IMG/VR virus record: IMGVR_UViG_3300025162_000050
Location: 6,838 to 70,837 of that record
DNA length: 64,000 bases
Reading direction: 5' to 3' (one strand)
Source of the DNA: a virus
In this document: in pieces, positions 1 to 9,900 of the stretch
How positions within the stretch are numbered: the first letter of the stretch is position 1
How the letters are laid out: every line of letters begins with the position of its first letter
Translations under genes and position numbers: made by a program
The notes under the pieces: model-generated
Told to the model about the DNA's origin: nothing
The model's input: the letters and a program-made list of their open reading frames with translations, nothing else
Databases searched by the model: none

Positions 1-348
1 CAACTGCTTAAATTTATTGTTGAAGCTATTACTGGTCGTGGATTATCTAAAGCATCTAAACTTGACATGATTCAATCAGAAGCATTCAAGATTGTTGAGG
101 CTAATCCTCGCTCATTCTTAGACGCTGTAAAAGACCCTAATTTGAAAACTAAGGTATTATTATCTGAGTGTGTAGAAAGTGGCATAGTTGTCATTAGAAG
201 TGGTTTATATTATACTCAAGACGGTCAACCATTATGTGAGAATAATGAAGATTCAAATCTATCGTTTGCAGTAAAATATTTAAATAGTCCAAAGCGACAA
301 GAAATGCGAATGACACTTGAAGCTAAACTTAAATCTAAAAAAGAATAA
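1..348 (+). CDS. 5'-truncated conserved crAss-like morphogenesis-module protein
   Basis: Frame is open from base 1 (QLLKFIVEAITGRG...) to TAA at 346-348. It lies just upstream of the ring and capsid-associated genes. Confidence 0.6.
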   Translation, partial: QLLKFIVEAITGRGLSKASKLDMIQSEAFKIVEANPRSFLDAVKDPNLKTKVLLSECVESGIVVIRSGLYYTQDGQPLCENNEDSNLSFAVKYLNSPKRQEMRMTLEAKLKSKKE

Positions 349-352
349 TTAA

Positions 353-1069
353 ATGTCAAGTAATATAGGAATTGATTCTACGTGGGTCAGAGATAGATTT
401 AATCTACAATATAATAATATATTTAGCAATCAAGCTCCTGGTCTTGTAGATTATGAAATTTCTATGTATTTGACTATGGCTCATATAGAAATCATTGATG
501 AGTATTCTGCAAGTCTTGATTTATTTGAAAAATACAGGTCTATATTAACTGCATATATAATTCAAGATAAATTACCAACAACTGCTTATAGTGATAGTAA
601 TTTACCTACAATTAAATACGACAGAGAAATAGCTTATCAAACATTTGAATTTACAGAAAACTATTGGAAGATATTAAAGGAATATGCCTATACAAAACGA
701 AAGACTAATGGCATTCCAATTAAACCAATAACATATGATGGATTCAATACAATGTCTCAAAACCCATTTAAAAAACCTAATGGTTTGAAGGGGTGGAGAT
801 TAGATATTAATTCCGATGGAGATGATTTACGAGATGTAAAAATATTGTTTGATGATGCTAATTCAACCGATTATATTAGACAATACGATGTTGTTTATTT
901 GGTTACTCCAAAGTCATTTGATTTAGAATCTGATATTATTCCAAACTCATTAGACAATAATCCATTTCTTACAGAAAAAATAGTTAACAGAGCCGTTGAA
1001 CTTTCAGTTCGCGACTACAAGCCAAGTGAATTACAAAATCAAGTTCAGATAAATAAAAGGTCTGAATAA
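353..1069 (+). CDS. putative tail/neck ring protein (crAss-like)
   Basis: 238 aa. N-terminal FNLQYNNIFSNQAPGL..YEIS.YLT.A and NPFKKP motifs resemble crAss ring proteins, and the gene order fits. Confidence 0.6.
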   Translation: MSSNIGIDSTWVRDRFNLQYNNIFSNQAPGLVDYEISMYLTMAHIEIIDEYSASLDLFEKYRSILTAYIIQDKLPTTAYSDSNLPTIKYDREIAYQTFEFTENYWKILKEYAYTKRKTNGIPIKPITYDGFNTMSQNPFKKPNGLKGWRLDINSDGDDLRDVKILFDDANSTDYIRQYDVVYLVTPKSFDLESDIIPNSLDNNPFLTEKIVNRAVELSVRDYKPSELQNQVQINKRSE

Positions 1070-1096
1070 ATATTAATTTAATACCATAAATAAAAA

Positions 1097-2014
1097 ATGG
1101 CTACTTTCACAAGTAACTCTGTTCGGCATTTATTTGTTGCCAACACATCAAGCGGTGGAGCCGCTGGTCAGTATGTAGATGCTGTAAAAACTGTAGATAA
1201 CGAATTGTATCTAAAGTTTATCAACGCTAACACTCAAACAGTAGCAACCCCGTTGATTCCTATTTCAAAAATTAAAAGTGTATCTAGTAAGGCTTATGCC
1301 GCAAAAGTTTTGCGCTCTGACACAATTACTATTAATACTGCTGTGGTTGGTCAAACCTACAACATTCGCTTTGTATTCCGTAATTGGGGTAGCGGTTCTT
1401 CTGAGAATCAATATTTCAAATATAGTGGAACTTACAAAGCCGTAACTGGTGATACTACTACTACTATTGCAACAGCATTGACTGCTCTTGCCGTTACTAA
1501 CTTCTCTCGTGAAGCAACACCTTTGTTGACAATCACTTCTAGCGGTGCAGTTATTACTGTTACTGAAATTGCTCAACCTTGGGTTAAAGGTAAACAGCAA
1601 GGTCGTCCATTAAATTACTACTTCCAATTTGTGCCTATCACAGATTCAACTGGTAGCGAAAATGTTGCCTGGGGTACTGTAGCTTCTGTAGCAAAAGGAT
1701 ATGCTGGTCAAGGAACTTACAAACTGGCTGCTGACCAAGAGTATTTCTATCTTGGAGAACGTGGAGATAAATATCGTAATGTTGGATTCCCATACACATT
1801 TGATACTACTTATTTGGTAGACTCAAGTAAGCTGTATGATACTATCGACATTACTTATAGCTCTGCTGATTCTAGCGCTGTTGGTGTAGAAAACGACTTA
1901 CGTGTAATCACTGTCTTATGTGCTAATGGAACTTCAAGTGCTATTGCAAAATTAATTTCTAGCGATGTAGCCACCGCAACATCTAATGTTGTTGTAATTG
2001 GCAATCCTGCCTAA
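1097..2014 (+). CDS. putative auxiliary capsid protein
   Basis: 305 aa, T/A/V-rich, with MATFTSNSVRHLFVA start and EYFYLGERGDKYR..G.P motif. Followed by a terminator. All Trp codons are TGG. Confidence 0.6.
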   Translation: MATFTSNSVRHLFVANTSSGGAAGQYVDAVKTVDNELYLKFINANTQTVATPLIPISKIKSVSSKAYAAKVLRSDTITINTAVVGQTYNIRFVFRNWGSGSSENQYFKYSGTYKAVTGDTTTTIATALTALAVTNFSREATPLLTITSSGAVITVTEIAQPWVKGKQQGRPLNYYFQFVPITDSTGSENVAWGTVASVAKGYAGQGTYKLAADQEYFYLGERGDKYRNVGFPYTFDTTYLVDSSKLYDTIDITYSSADSSAVGVENDLRVITVLCANGTSSAIAKLISSDVATATSNVVVIGNPA

Positions 2015-2027
2015 TGCATAATAACCT

Positions 2028-2059
2028 AAAGGGTGCGGTAAACCACCGTGCCCTTTTTT
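2028..2059 (+). terminator. intrinsic terminator
   Basis: AAAGGGTGCGGT-AAACC-ACCGTGCCCTTT stem-loop followed by a T-run, right after the 1097-2014 gene. Confidence 0.8.
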
Positions 2060-2068
2060 ATTAATATC

Positions 2069-2446
2069 ATGGAAGATAAACAAAAACTTCTGTTAGGTAT
2101 TACTAATTGCCTGCTTGGCTCATACATTCGCATTAGAGAGATTCATTGGAATACACGCAATCAAGCAACACACAACCTAACAAATACGCTTCTACCAGAA
2201 ATAATTGACTATATAGATTCTATTATAGAATTAATGTCTGGTGTAATAGAACGTCCTGGATACGATATACTAAAACCTATCATTCCATCAACGAAAGAAC
2301 TTGAACCAATCCTAAGAGCTTTGGTTACTAAAATAGAGACATGTCAAGAATGTCTATCAGACCCTTCATTTAGAGGTATTAATAAAACTCTTGATGATTT
2401 AATAGCAGATTTAAATCGCTGGGTATACCTCAGCCAAAATTTTTAA
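2069..2446 (+). CDS. Dps/ferritin-like four-helix protein
   Basis: REIHWNT..QATH..., D.I.E and DDL..DLN..VYL pattern. Start moved to ATG 2069 because the GTG at 2048 lies inside the terminator. Confidence 0.6.
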   Translation: MEDKQKLLLGITNCLLGSYIRIREIHWNTRNQATHNLTNTLLPEIIDYIDSIIELMSGVIERPGYDILKPIIPSTKELEPILRALVTKIETCQECLSDPSFRGINKTLDDLIADLNRWVYLSQNF

Positions 2447-2463
2447 AATAATAAGATAAATAT

Positions 2464-2748
2464 ATGGCACTTAGAAATAGACAAGACGGCGAAGTTAAGA
2501 TTTTTGTAGGAACTCAAAAGGTTGATGGATTAGCCAAAAACGTACTTGAGTTTGATGAATTAGCTCTGGCAGCTACCGTAGAAACTAACCTTGCATCCGC
2601 TACAACTAAACAAGCATTACTTACAGCTCTTGGAATACCTGGACCTTACGCAAACGATACAGCAGCTAAAGGCGCAACTCCAGCAGTTGGCGTTGGTGGA
2701 GTTTACTATGTAACAACTACTTTAAAGCTGGCAACAGTAATGGCATAA
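2464..2748 (+). CDS. small putative virion protein
   Basis: 94 aa, Ala-rich. C-terminal YANDTAA...GGVYY resembles the C-terminus of 3061-3732. Confidence 0.6.
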   Translation: MALRNRQDGEVKIFVGTQKVDGLAKNVLEFDELALAATVETNLASATTKQALLTALGIPGPYANDTAAKGATPAVGVGGVYYVTTTLKLATVMA

Positions 2749-2752
2749 TATT

Positions 2753-2995
2753 ATGGGTGGATACATAAATGGAAAAGTAGAGATATTTTGTGGTGATTAT
2801 CCCCCTTCTAATTTAAACCTACTTTGATATAAAAGATTTATTAAGGATGATAAAGATTATTATGCCTTATATGAATTTAATATACATCAATTAATTTGGC
2901 AGCCAATTAATAGCTCTTTAATCACCTAGCCATTAATTTCAGAAGATGGTGATTTGATAAATGGCGAAGATGATTACCTTATAGTAGCCGAATAA
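2753..2995 (+). CDS. small putative structural protein with in-frame TGA (Trp) and a possible read-through TAG
   Basis: ATG 2753: MGGYINGKVEIFCGDYPPSNLNLL[TGA 2825]YKRF...SLIT[TAG 2927]PLISEDGDLINGEDDYLIVAE-TAA. It fills the gap between its neighbours and is missing from the ORF track. Confidence 0.6.
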
Positions 2996-3060
2996 AAACA
3001 TATAAAATGATAAATATATTTAAATTTATAAAGAATATAATATCTAAACTAATTAAACAT

Positions 3061-3732
3061 ATGGCATTAGAAAATAAAAAATTAAGTACATACGATGATT
3101 TAGCATCGGCAAATATAGATACGACCACTAAACTTGTAGTACTTACTGGGGCTACAAAAATAAATGCAAATCTTCCAGTAGCAGACTTTATAGAAGATAC
3201 GCTAACATCTAGTAGTGTAATTAAACCTTTATCTGCAAAGCAAGGAAAGGCGCTACAAGATTCTAAAGCTGCATTAGCTAGTCCAACATTTACTGGCACT
3301 GTAACGCTACCATCTACCACATCTATTGGAACTGTCAGTTCTACTGAGATTGGATATTTAGATGGAGTTACATCTGCAATTCAGACACAGATGAATTTAA
3401 ATGCCCCAAAAGCCGACCCAGTATTTACTGGAACTATATCTGGTCCAGATGGCGTTACCGAAAGTTTGTTTATTAAAGCTGGGGATCAGCAGATAATTGC
3501 TTATACAGTAAATGAAATTGAAGTAGATGCTATATTGAAATTAGGTTCTCGTGGTCATGGAATTGTTACAGAACTCACTGGGGACAGAATAAATATATCA
3601 ACAAATCCATTTGGAACAGTCTTAACTTTACCAGTGTTCGCAGACAATGCTGCGGCATTAGCTGGGACTTTAAACGATGGTGATTTATATAGAACTTCAA
3701 CTGGCATTGTAATGATAACTTACGCTGTATAA
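3061..3732 (+). CDS. putative fibre/head-fibre-like protein
   Basis: PLSAKQGKALQD, ASPTFTGTVT, EIGYLDGVTSAIQTQ and APKADPVFTGT are phage fibre-repeat-like motifs. The MALENK start at 3061 is preferred over 3007. Confidence 0.6.
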   Translation: MALENKKLSTYDDLASANIDTTTKLVVLTGATKINANLPVADFIEDTLTSSSVIKPLSAKQGKALQDSKAALASPTFTGTVTLPSTTSIGTVSSTEIGYLDGVTSAIQTQMNLNAPKADPVFTGTISGPDGVTESLFIKAGDQQIIAYTVNEIEVDAILKLGSRGHGIVTELTGDRINISTNPFGTVLTLPVFADNAAALAGTLNDGDLYRTSTGIVMITYAV

Positions 3733-3784
3733 TAACTATTTTAGTATCAATCTATATATTTTTCAGTAAAACATGTTAAAATGT

Positions 3785-3815
3785 TTTGTAGTCTGGATTA
3801 TTATATTTACCTTTG
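3785..3815 (+). promoter_or_regulatory. Bacteroidota primary-sigma type promoter
   Basis: TTTG (3785-3788), a 19-nt spacer, then TACCTTTG (3808-3815), matching the -33/-7 consensus TTTG...TAnnTTTG. Intergenic. Confidence 0.75.
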
Positions 3816-3855
3816 CCCTAATTTATAATTTATAAGTAGATTATAAGTTAGGGCA
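3814..3855. repeat. 16-bp imperfect inverted repeat
   Basis: TGCCCTAATTTATAAT-N10-ATTATAAGTTAGGGCA. Confidence 0.8.
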
Positions 3856-3890
3856 TTGTTGTAAATAAGTATTAATTTAAAATAAAATAC

Positions 3891-4859
3891 ATGACTAAAG
3901 AAGAGGTTATTGCGATTTTCAAGGAGAAGAAATTTATGATTTTAATGGGAGCCAACAAGATTGCGAAGCAACTTAAAACAACTCCGGAAATAGTTAGAGA
4001 AGCGCGTTCTATCGTGCGTAAAAACATTAAAGAGTTTGGAACTACTTATCATCCAAAAGAAGTATCGTTTAAAAAGCCAGAAGTAAGATTGCCAAAAATA
4101 CTTATTTTTGACATTGAAAGTTCTCCAGCAATAAGTTACCACTTTGGAATGTTTAATATCAACCTATCGCTAGACCAGATTATAGAATATCCAATCATGC
4201 TTACGTGGGCTGCAAAATGACTATTTTCAGATGAAGTAGTGTCTGATAGAGTGACTGTTGAAGAAGTGTTAGCTAGGGATGATAGGCGTATTAGCGAAAG
4301 TATTTGGAAACTAATGTGTGAGGCTGATATGGTGGTTGCCCATTATGGAGATAAATTTGATATTCCAATGTTAAACTCAAGATTTATTATGAATGGATTT
4401 CCACCACCAACTAATTTCACATCAATAGATACGAAGTCAATTGCATCTCAAAACTTTAAGTTTATATCAAATAAATTGGATGCGCTTGCAATATACTTTG
4501 GATTTGCTAAAAAACTACACACAGACTTTATGTTATGGCGTAGATGTATGGAGGGTGAAGAACTTGCTATCCAGGAAATGCTGACATACAATAAAAGAGA
4601 TGTCACGCTTCTTGAAGAAGTTTACCTAAAACTTAGACCATACGCAAAAAGACATCCTAATGTTGGATTGTATATTGAATCAAATGAGCCAGTTTGTTCT
4701 CATTGTGGAAGTAGTCATTTGACATTTGCTTCAGAGTACTATACTCAAACAAATAAATATAAAGTTTATCGTTGTGATTGTGGTGCTTTAAGCAGGGTTA
4801 GACAATCATCCACAGATAAAAAAGTAAGAAATAATTTAACTATAAGCTTAGGAAAATAA
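3891..4859 (+). CDS. DnaQ/RNase H-like 3'-5' exonuclease with C-terminal Zn ribbon (TGA=Trp at 4218)
   Basis: Joins track ORFs 3891-4220 and 4239-4859 in one frame. Motifs: ILIFDIE, TWAAK[W]L, VVAHYGDKFD, YNKRDV, CSHCGS...CDCG. 322 aa. Confidence 0.85.
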
Positions 4860-5632
4860 TGGCACATACCTACAGGGATATTGTATACGCTATCTTTGAT
4901 GAGTGTAAGGTGATTTCTGACGACGCTTCACTCGAGGTAGAGCACGTAATTCACATTGCTCATAAATATCGTGGACTTTTATTCACACAAAAATATAAAG
5001 GCAAAAAGGTAGAAATACCTTTTGCTTATTATCAAAGACTTAATGTATATTTTGACACCTCATATAATAATGGGGAAGTATATCAATCAATTAAACAACT
5101 TCCAAATATATTAGACATTACCAATTTATGGCAATATACATTTGTACATAATGATGGTATGCGTACTGAAAATCTAAACTTTATCAATCCGCAAAGATTT
5201 AAGGTTGTCGGATATAATAAGTGGCTTAAAAATCAAGTGTATATAACGATAGATTTAGATAATAAGATGTATGTTAAAAGTCCCAGAAGCAACTCAGCCA
5301 ATCAAGTAAATCTTGTTGGAGAGGTAGATGTTATTACAGACGAATTAATTAACACTTTAATCTCGGAGGATGAATTAAGTCAATTGATCTCTGAGACCCT
5401 TGGGGATGCATATATCTATTATGATACAATACTTGATAATCCAATAGAAGGATATAGATTTAATGATGATGAAACTTTGGATGTACTAGACTTTACATTT
5501 CCATGCGAAGAGTCATTAATTCAACCAATCATAGATTTATGTCTTAAGGAGATTGGAATTATCAATGGCATTCCAAGAGATGCAACTAATAACGCATCCG
5601 ATGATTCAAGTCTACCTAAACAACAAAATTAA
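4859..5632 (+). CDS. putative tail ring protein (crAss-like)
   Basis: 257 aa, with TYRDIVY...SDD N-terminus and FP.E..L...I...P.D..NN..D C-terminus. TAATG-coupled to both neighbours. Confidence 0.6.
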   Translation: MAHTYRDIVYAIFDECKVISDDASLEVEHVIHIAHKYRGLLFTQKYKGKKVEIPFAYYQRLNVYFDTSYNNGEVYQSIKQLPNILDITNLWQYTFVHNDGMRTENLNFINPQRFKVVGYNKWLKNQVYITIDLDNKMYVKSPRSNSANQVNLVGEVDVITDELINTLISEDELSQLISETLGDAYIYYDTILDNPIEGYRFNDDETLDVLDFTFPCEESLIQPIIDLCLKEIGIINGIPRDATNNASDDSSLPKQQN

Positions 5633-6234
5633 TGGAGCAAACATTCGAAGAGTATTTAAAAGAAGTCAAGAATGTTCATGGTGATAGAAAACATAAAATA
5701 ACTGGAAGCCAGAATACTATAGCTGGCTTCAGTTATTATAGAAAGATTAGACCACAAGAGTCTAAGTTTGTACTTAAAGACTATCAATATCTATCTATCA
5801 TAAGGGAGATGAATAATCTATTAGCTGACTGTCTGGTTGAAAATAAATCAATTAGATTGCCATCAGGGTTTGGGAAACTAGAGATAGTTAAGTTTGAGAC
5901 TAAATCATGAATAGATGAAGGTGGTAAATTTATATCTAGTAAAATAGTTGACATGCATAACACATTTAAATTATGGCACGAAGACGAAGAAGCTAGACTA
6001 AATAAAATTAAAGTTAGATTTGACGAGGATTACATATTTAGAATTAAATATTCACCAAAAGGTAGGATATATAAATATAATGGATACTTCTTAATAAAAT
6101 TTAATCGGGAATTAAAACATAAACTTTCCAGATTTATTAAAACTAGTAATTACGACACCTATTTAAAACCATCAAAATACGCATGGCTAAAGCAAAATGG
6201 ACGAACCTCAGAGTCGTCGCAGATAAAATATTAA
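5632..6234 (+). CDS. IHF/HU-like DNA-binding protein (TGA=Trp at 5908)
   Basis: Joins 5632-5910 and 5953-6234 in frame. IRLPSGFGKLEI is the HU/IHF beta-arm motif, and the position before the tail tubular gene is typical of crAss. Confidence 0.7.
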
Positions 6235-6902
6235 GAGACCCAACATTTATTGGGTTGAATTTTGAAACTATAATTGACTACTTTGTTGACTTTATAACTA
6301 TTGTTGGAGTTCCTGAGTTATTTGATGAGAAGTTTACTAATACCGAAATACAAATAACTAATTATAGGGCTATACTACCAGATGATTTCTTAGAAGAAAT
6401 TACTGTGCAGATAGACCATAAGATTGCTAGAACAGCTACTGATACCTATTTTGGAAATTATCAAGAGTATGAAGATACTAACCCAAACGATTATTTTCCA
6501 GACAAACGCGCAGAGGCTACATACAAAATTAAAGGTAGTTATATCTATCTATCCAAGAAAGAGGGTAACTTACTTTTAAAATACAAATGCATTGCAACTG
6601 AAACTGATGTAGAGTCTGAAGATTATGGAGTTCCACTAATGCCAGATGACCCAGTATTTATTCTTGCGTTACAATCATATATAGAGGTTCAATTCTTAAA
6701 GATATTGTTTAGGACTGGCAAGATTAACAATCAAGTGTTGCAATTAGCACAACAAGATTATGCATGGAACGTAGGAAGATATGAGACTCATAGCAAACGT
6801 TTGACTACTGGCGATATGGAAACACTATCTAGGCTATTTAAATCAATCCTAACGCGCAATAACGATTTTAAAACACGTTTTTCACATTTAGGTAAAAGGT
6901 AA
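6183..6902 (+). CDS. tail tubular/ring protein (P22 gp4-like position in crAss)
   Basis: 239 aa, with YRAILPDD, G.PL.PDD..F..AL..YI and QDYAWNVG motifs. Immediately precedes the muzzle gene. Confidence 0.7.
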   Translation: MAKAKWTNLRVVADKILRDPTFIGLNFETIIDYFVDFITIVGVPELFDEKFTNTEIQITNYRAILPDDFLEEITVQIDHKIARTATDTYFGNYQEYEDTNPNDYFPDKRAEATYKIKGSYIYLSKKEGNLLLKYKCIATETDVESEDYGVPLMPDDPVFILALQSYIEVQFLKILFRTGKINNQVLQLAQQDYAWNVGRYETHSKRLTTGDMETLSRLFKSILTRNNDFKTRFSHLGKR

Positions 6903-6907
6903 ATATC

Positions 6908-9900
6908 ATGAAAATATCGTCACAAGTATATAAGCCGAAAGGAATGAGGCGCGATGAATCATACTCTGCATTTAATCCAGAGTTTTCATGAGATAATCAT
7001 AACATACGATTAACGGCAAGAGATAATAATGATTTATTAAGTGTAACAAATGAAAATGGGACACTTGAATTGATTGATGAAAATTTAATATCAATAGATG
7101 GAAAAACCCTTGGAAGTTGTGTTGTCAATGATAACCTGATACTTTTTACGCACTCAGATGGAATTGCCATAGATGAATCTATGATAGGACTTTCAGTTGC
7201 AGTGAAGTCTATAACAAAAATTGGTGAAAGTATATCTTATAATGTAGTTGATACCGAAACACCACAAGAAATCGGAGTTGCAAGATCATGTTCTGATGGA
7301 TATGCATTGGTAGAAAACAATGGAGAATATAGTTGTGAAAAAACTACAACCACATTATTAACAGATTCTCCAATAATAGGAAATACATGCTACATTCAAC
7401 ATTTTCAATTTCCAGACTACAATTGGTATGGAACTATGTTTTTCAAAGATGGATATAATATTGATGGATCGTGGTCGAGTGTAGATGAACTCTTATGGCC
7501 AACTATATATTCTACAACTCAATATATTGAAAATACTAACTATGTTGAATATACTACTGGACCGTTTATAAACTCAAACAAAAATACACTTGACGGAAGA
7601 CTTAACAAATGCGGCGTATGGCTTCAGGGAAGTCAAATATATAGTGCTACACAACTTGGCTTTGTAAGAACGATAAATTTTCCAGAATCAAAGGTTTATT
7701 ATTTTGGAATTGGATGTGATAATTACGGAGCCATATCAATTGATGGAGAGGACATGTTGAGTATGTCGATGGTTGAAAATACAAATAATTTTAGAGTATG
7801 AAATGTTTATCCAAAATATGTTGAGGCCGGAGATCACGAAATAACTATTACCAATACAAATATATATGCGTTTCCAGAAGCACCAGGAATACTTGGACTT
7901 GAAATATATACAGGAACTGAGTCGGAATTAATCGCATGTACAACAGATTTGGATCTTGAAAATTACATATTATTTTCAACTAAATCTCCAAACGTATTAG
8001 ATGGAGATATTTTTGAACTTGGTACAACTTTTTGTCAAAACCCAGAATATAGATTGGTTAAGGTTGGTGATTCTGGAACCTACGTTTGCCAAAAAATACA
8101 AACAATATTAGATGTTGAACCGCCCGTCGAACTCCCACAATATGAATGCGAAAACCCTGGATATGAATTAATTAATAACGACGGAGATTATTCGTGTGTA
8201 AAAAAAACAAAGGTAATTGCCTATATATATGAAAGTGTGTTAGAGTTTTCATCTGACTTAAACAATTTATCTGAGTCAATAGAACTGTCCTTTGATTATA
8301 CAGACAATAATAATAAAACAATAAATGTCAATTCATTTTTTTCTCCATCAAATGATAAACTTATATTTCATATTCAATCAAAACTCTCAGCCTCCATTTA
8401 TTCTATTTTTAATATAAGATTAAACAGATTGATGGATGATATAACTCCTATAGAAACATCTTCGTTCAGTTGAGATTCTGTTGGTGATTTATCATGGTTA
8501 ATTCCTGAGAATGTTGCTGTGTATCGTGAAAACAGGATTGGTGGGATAGATAATATATACAGATTAAATCATTTTAATGCGCCACAAAATATATCTACTA
8601 AATTATTATATTCGGGGGAATTAGGATTTAATTTAAATAATAAAATTCAGACACTTCCATTTTACGAAAATGAAAACGTTCAAAAGGTATATTGAATTGA
8701 TGGTGTAAATCAGACAAGAGTAATCAATATAATGGATGAAACATCTATATATAATAATACATCTTTTGATTTCGTTAAAACATTGGTTTTAAACGAAACA
8801 ATTTCTGTTACAAAAAATTATGGAGGTGGATTGTTCAAATCTGGTGTAATTCAATATGCATTTACATATTTCAATTTAAATGGATCTGAATCTAACATAT
8901 TTTACATTACTCCAATAAATTATATTTCTCCAATTGATAGGGCTGGGAAGGTAGATGAAATCGTCCCTAATACATTTAATATAAATATAAATGGATTAGA
9001 TGATAGATTTCAATATGTACGTATATATTCTATTTACAGAACATCTGTAGATTCTACACCGGAGCTTAAAAATATTGTTGATTTAAAGATATCTAGTGAT
9101 ACAATATCTTACACGGACACAAATACTAATGGGTCTGTCGTTTCCAGTGATTACTTACTATTTGTTGGTGGAGAGGAATTGATCTCACAATGCATGTCTC
9201 AAAAAAGTAACACTTTGTTTCTGGGAAATATAACAAATGGTATAGATCAGTCAAACATTCCAATTGCGCTCACAAATGCAAACGTAGAATCTAACATACC
9301 AGCACATACATCAACGTTTTCGTGGATTTTGAGTAGTCCCTTAGAAATAGAATCAAAGAGTTCGTCTACAATTTATCCCTATTTGCCAAAGTCGTTAAAC
9401 ATCACAGATCCCAATGATATCATAAAGCATTTTAAATATGATGAAACATATAGACTTGGGATACAAGGACAATTTACAAATGGAAGATGATCAAATCCAA
9501 TATGATTAGGAGATGATTATAGGGTTGATATGAGATATAAGGCTAATTATTTAGGTTCAAGTAATGAAAAAAGTATTGTTGCTGAAAAAGTTTATGGACA
9601 ATACACAATGGATTCTACGCTATGTTCTTATTTGAAAAACGAACTTAAATTTCATAAGATTAGACCAGTTATGGTTCCATTAAAATATTCTGATAGAACT
9701 ATAATAGCACAAGGATTAACTAACAATACTCTTGGCATAATGAAAAATAGATATGGTGCTAATCCATCTTTAATGCCATTTGCATATCCTGACTATTTAT
9801 TTAGAACAAATGGAAAGAAAAAAAATCCATCATATAATGAGTACGATGGAGCATATTCGCATTTTGATTTATTAAAGTTAAATAACAATCTAATAAGACA

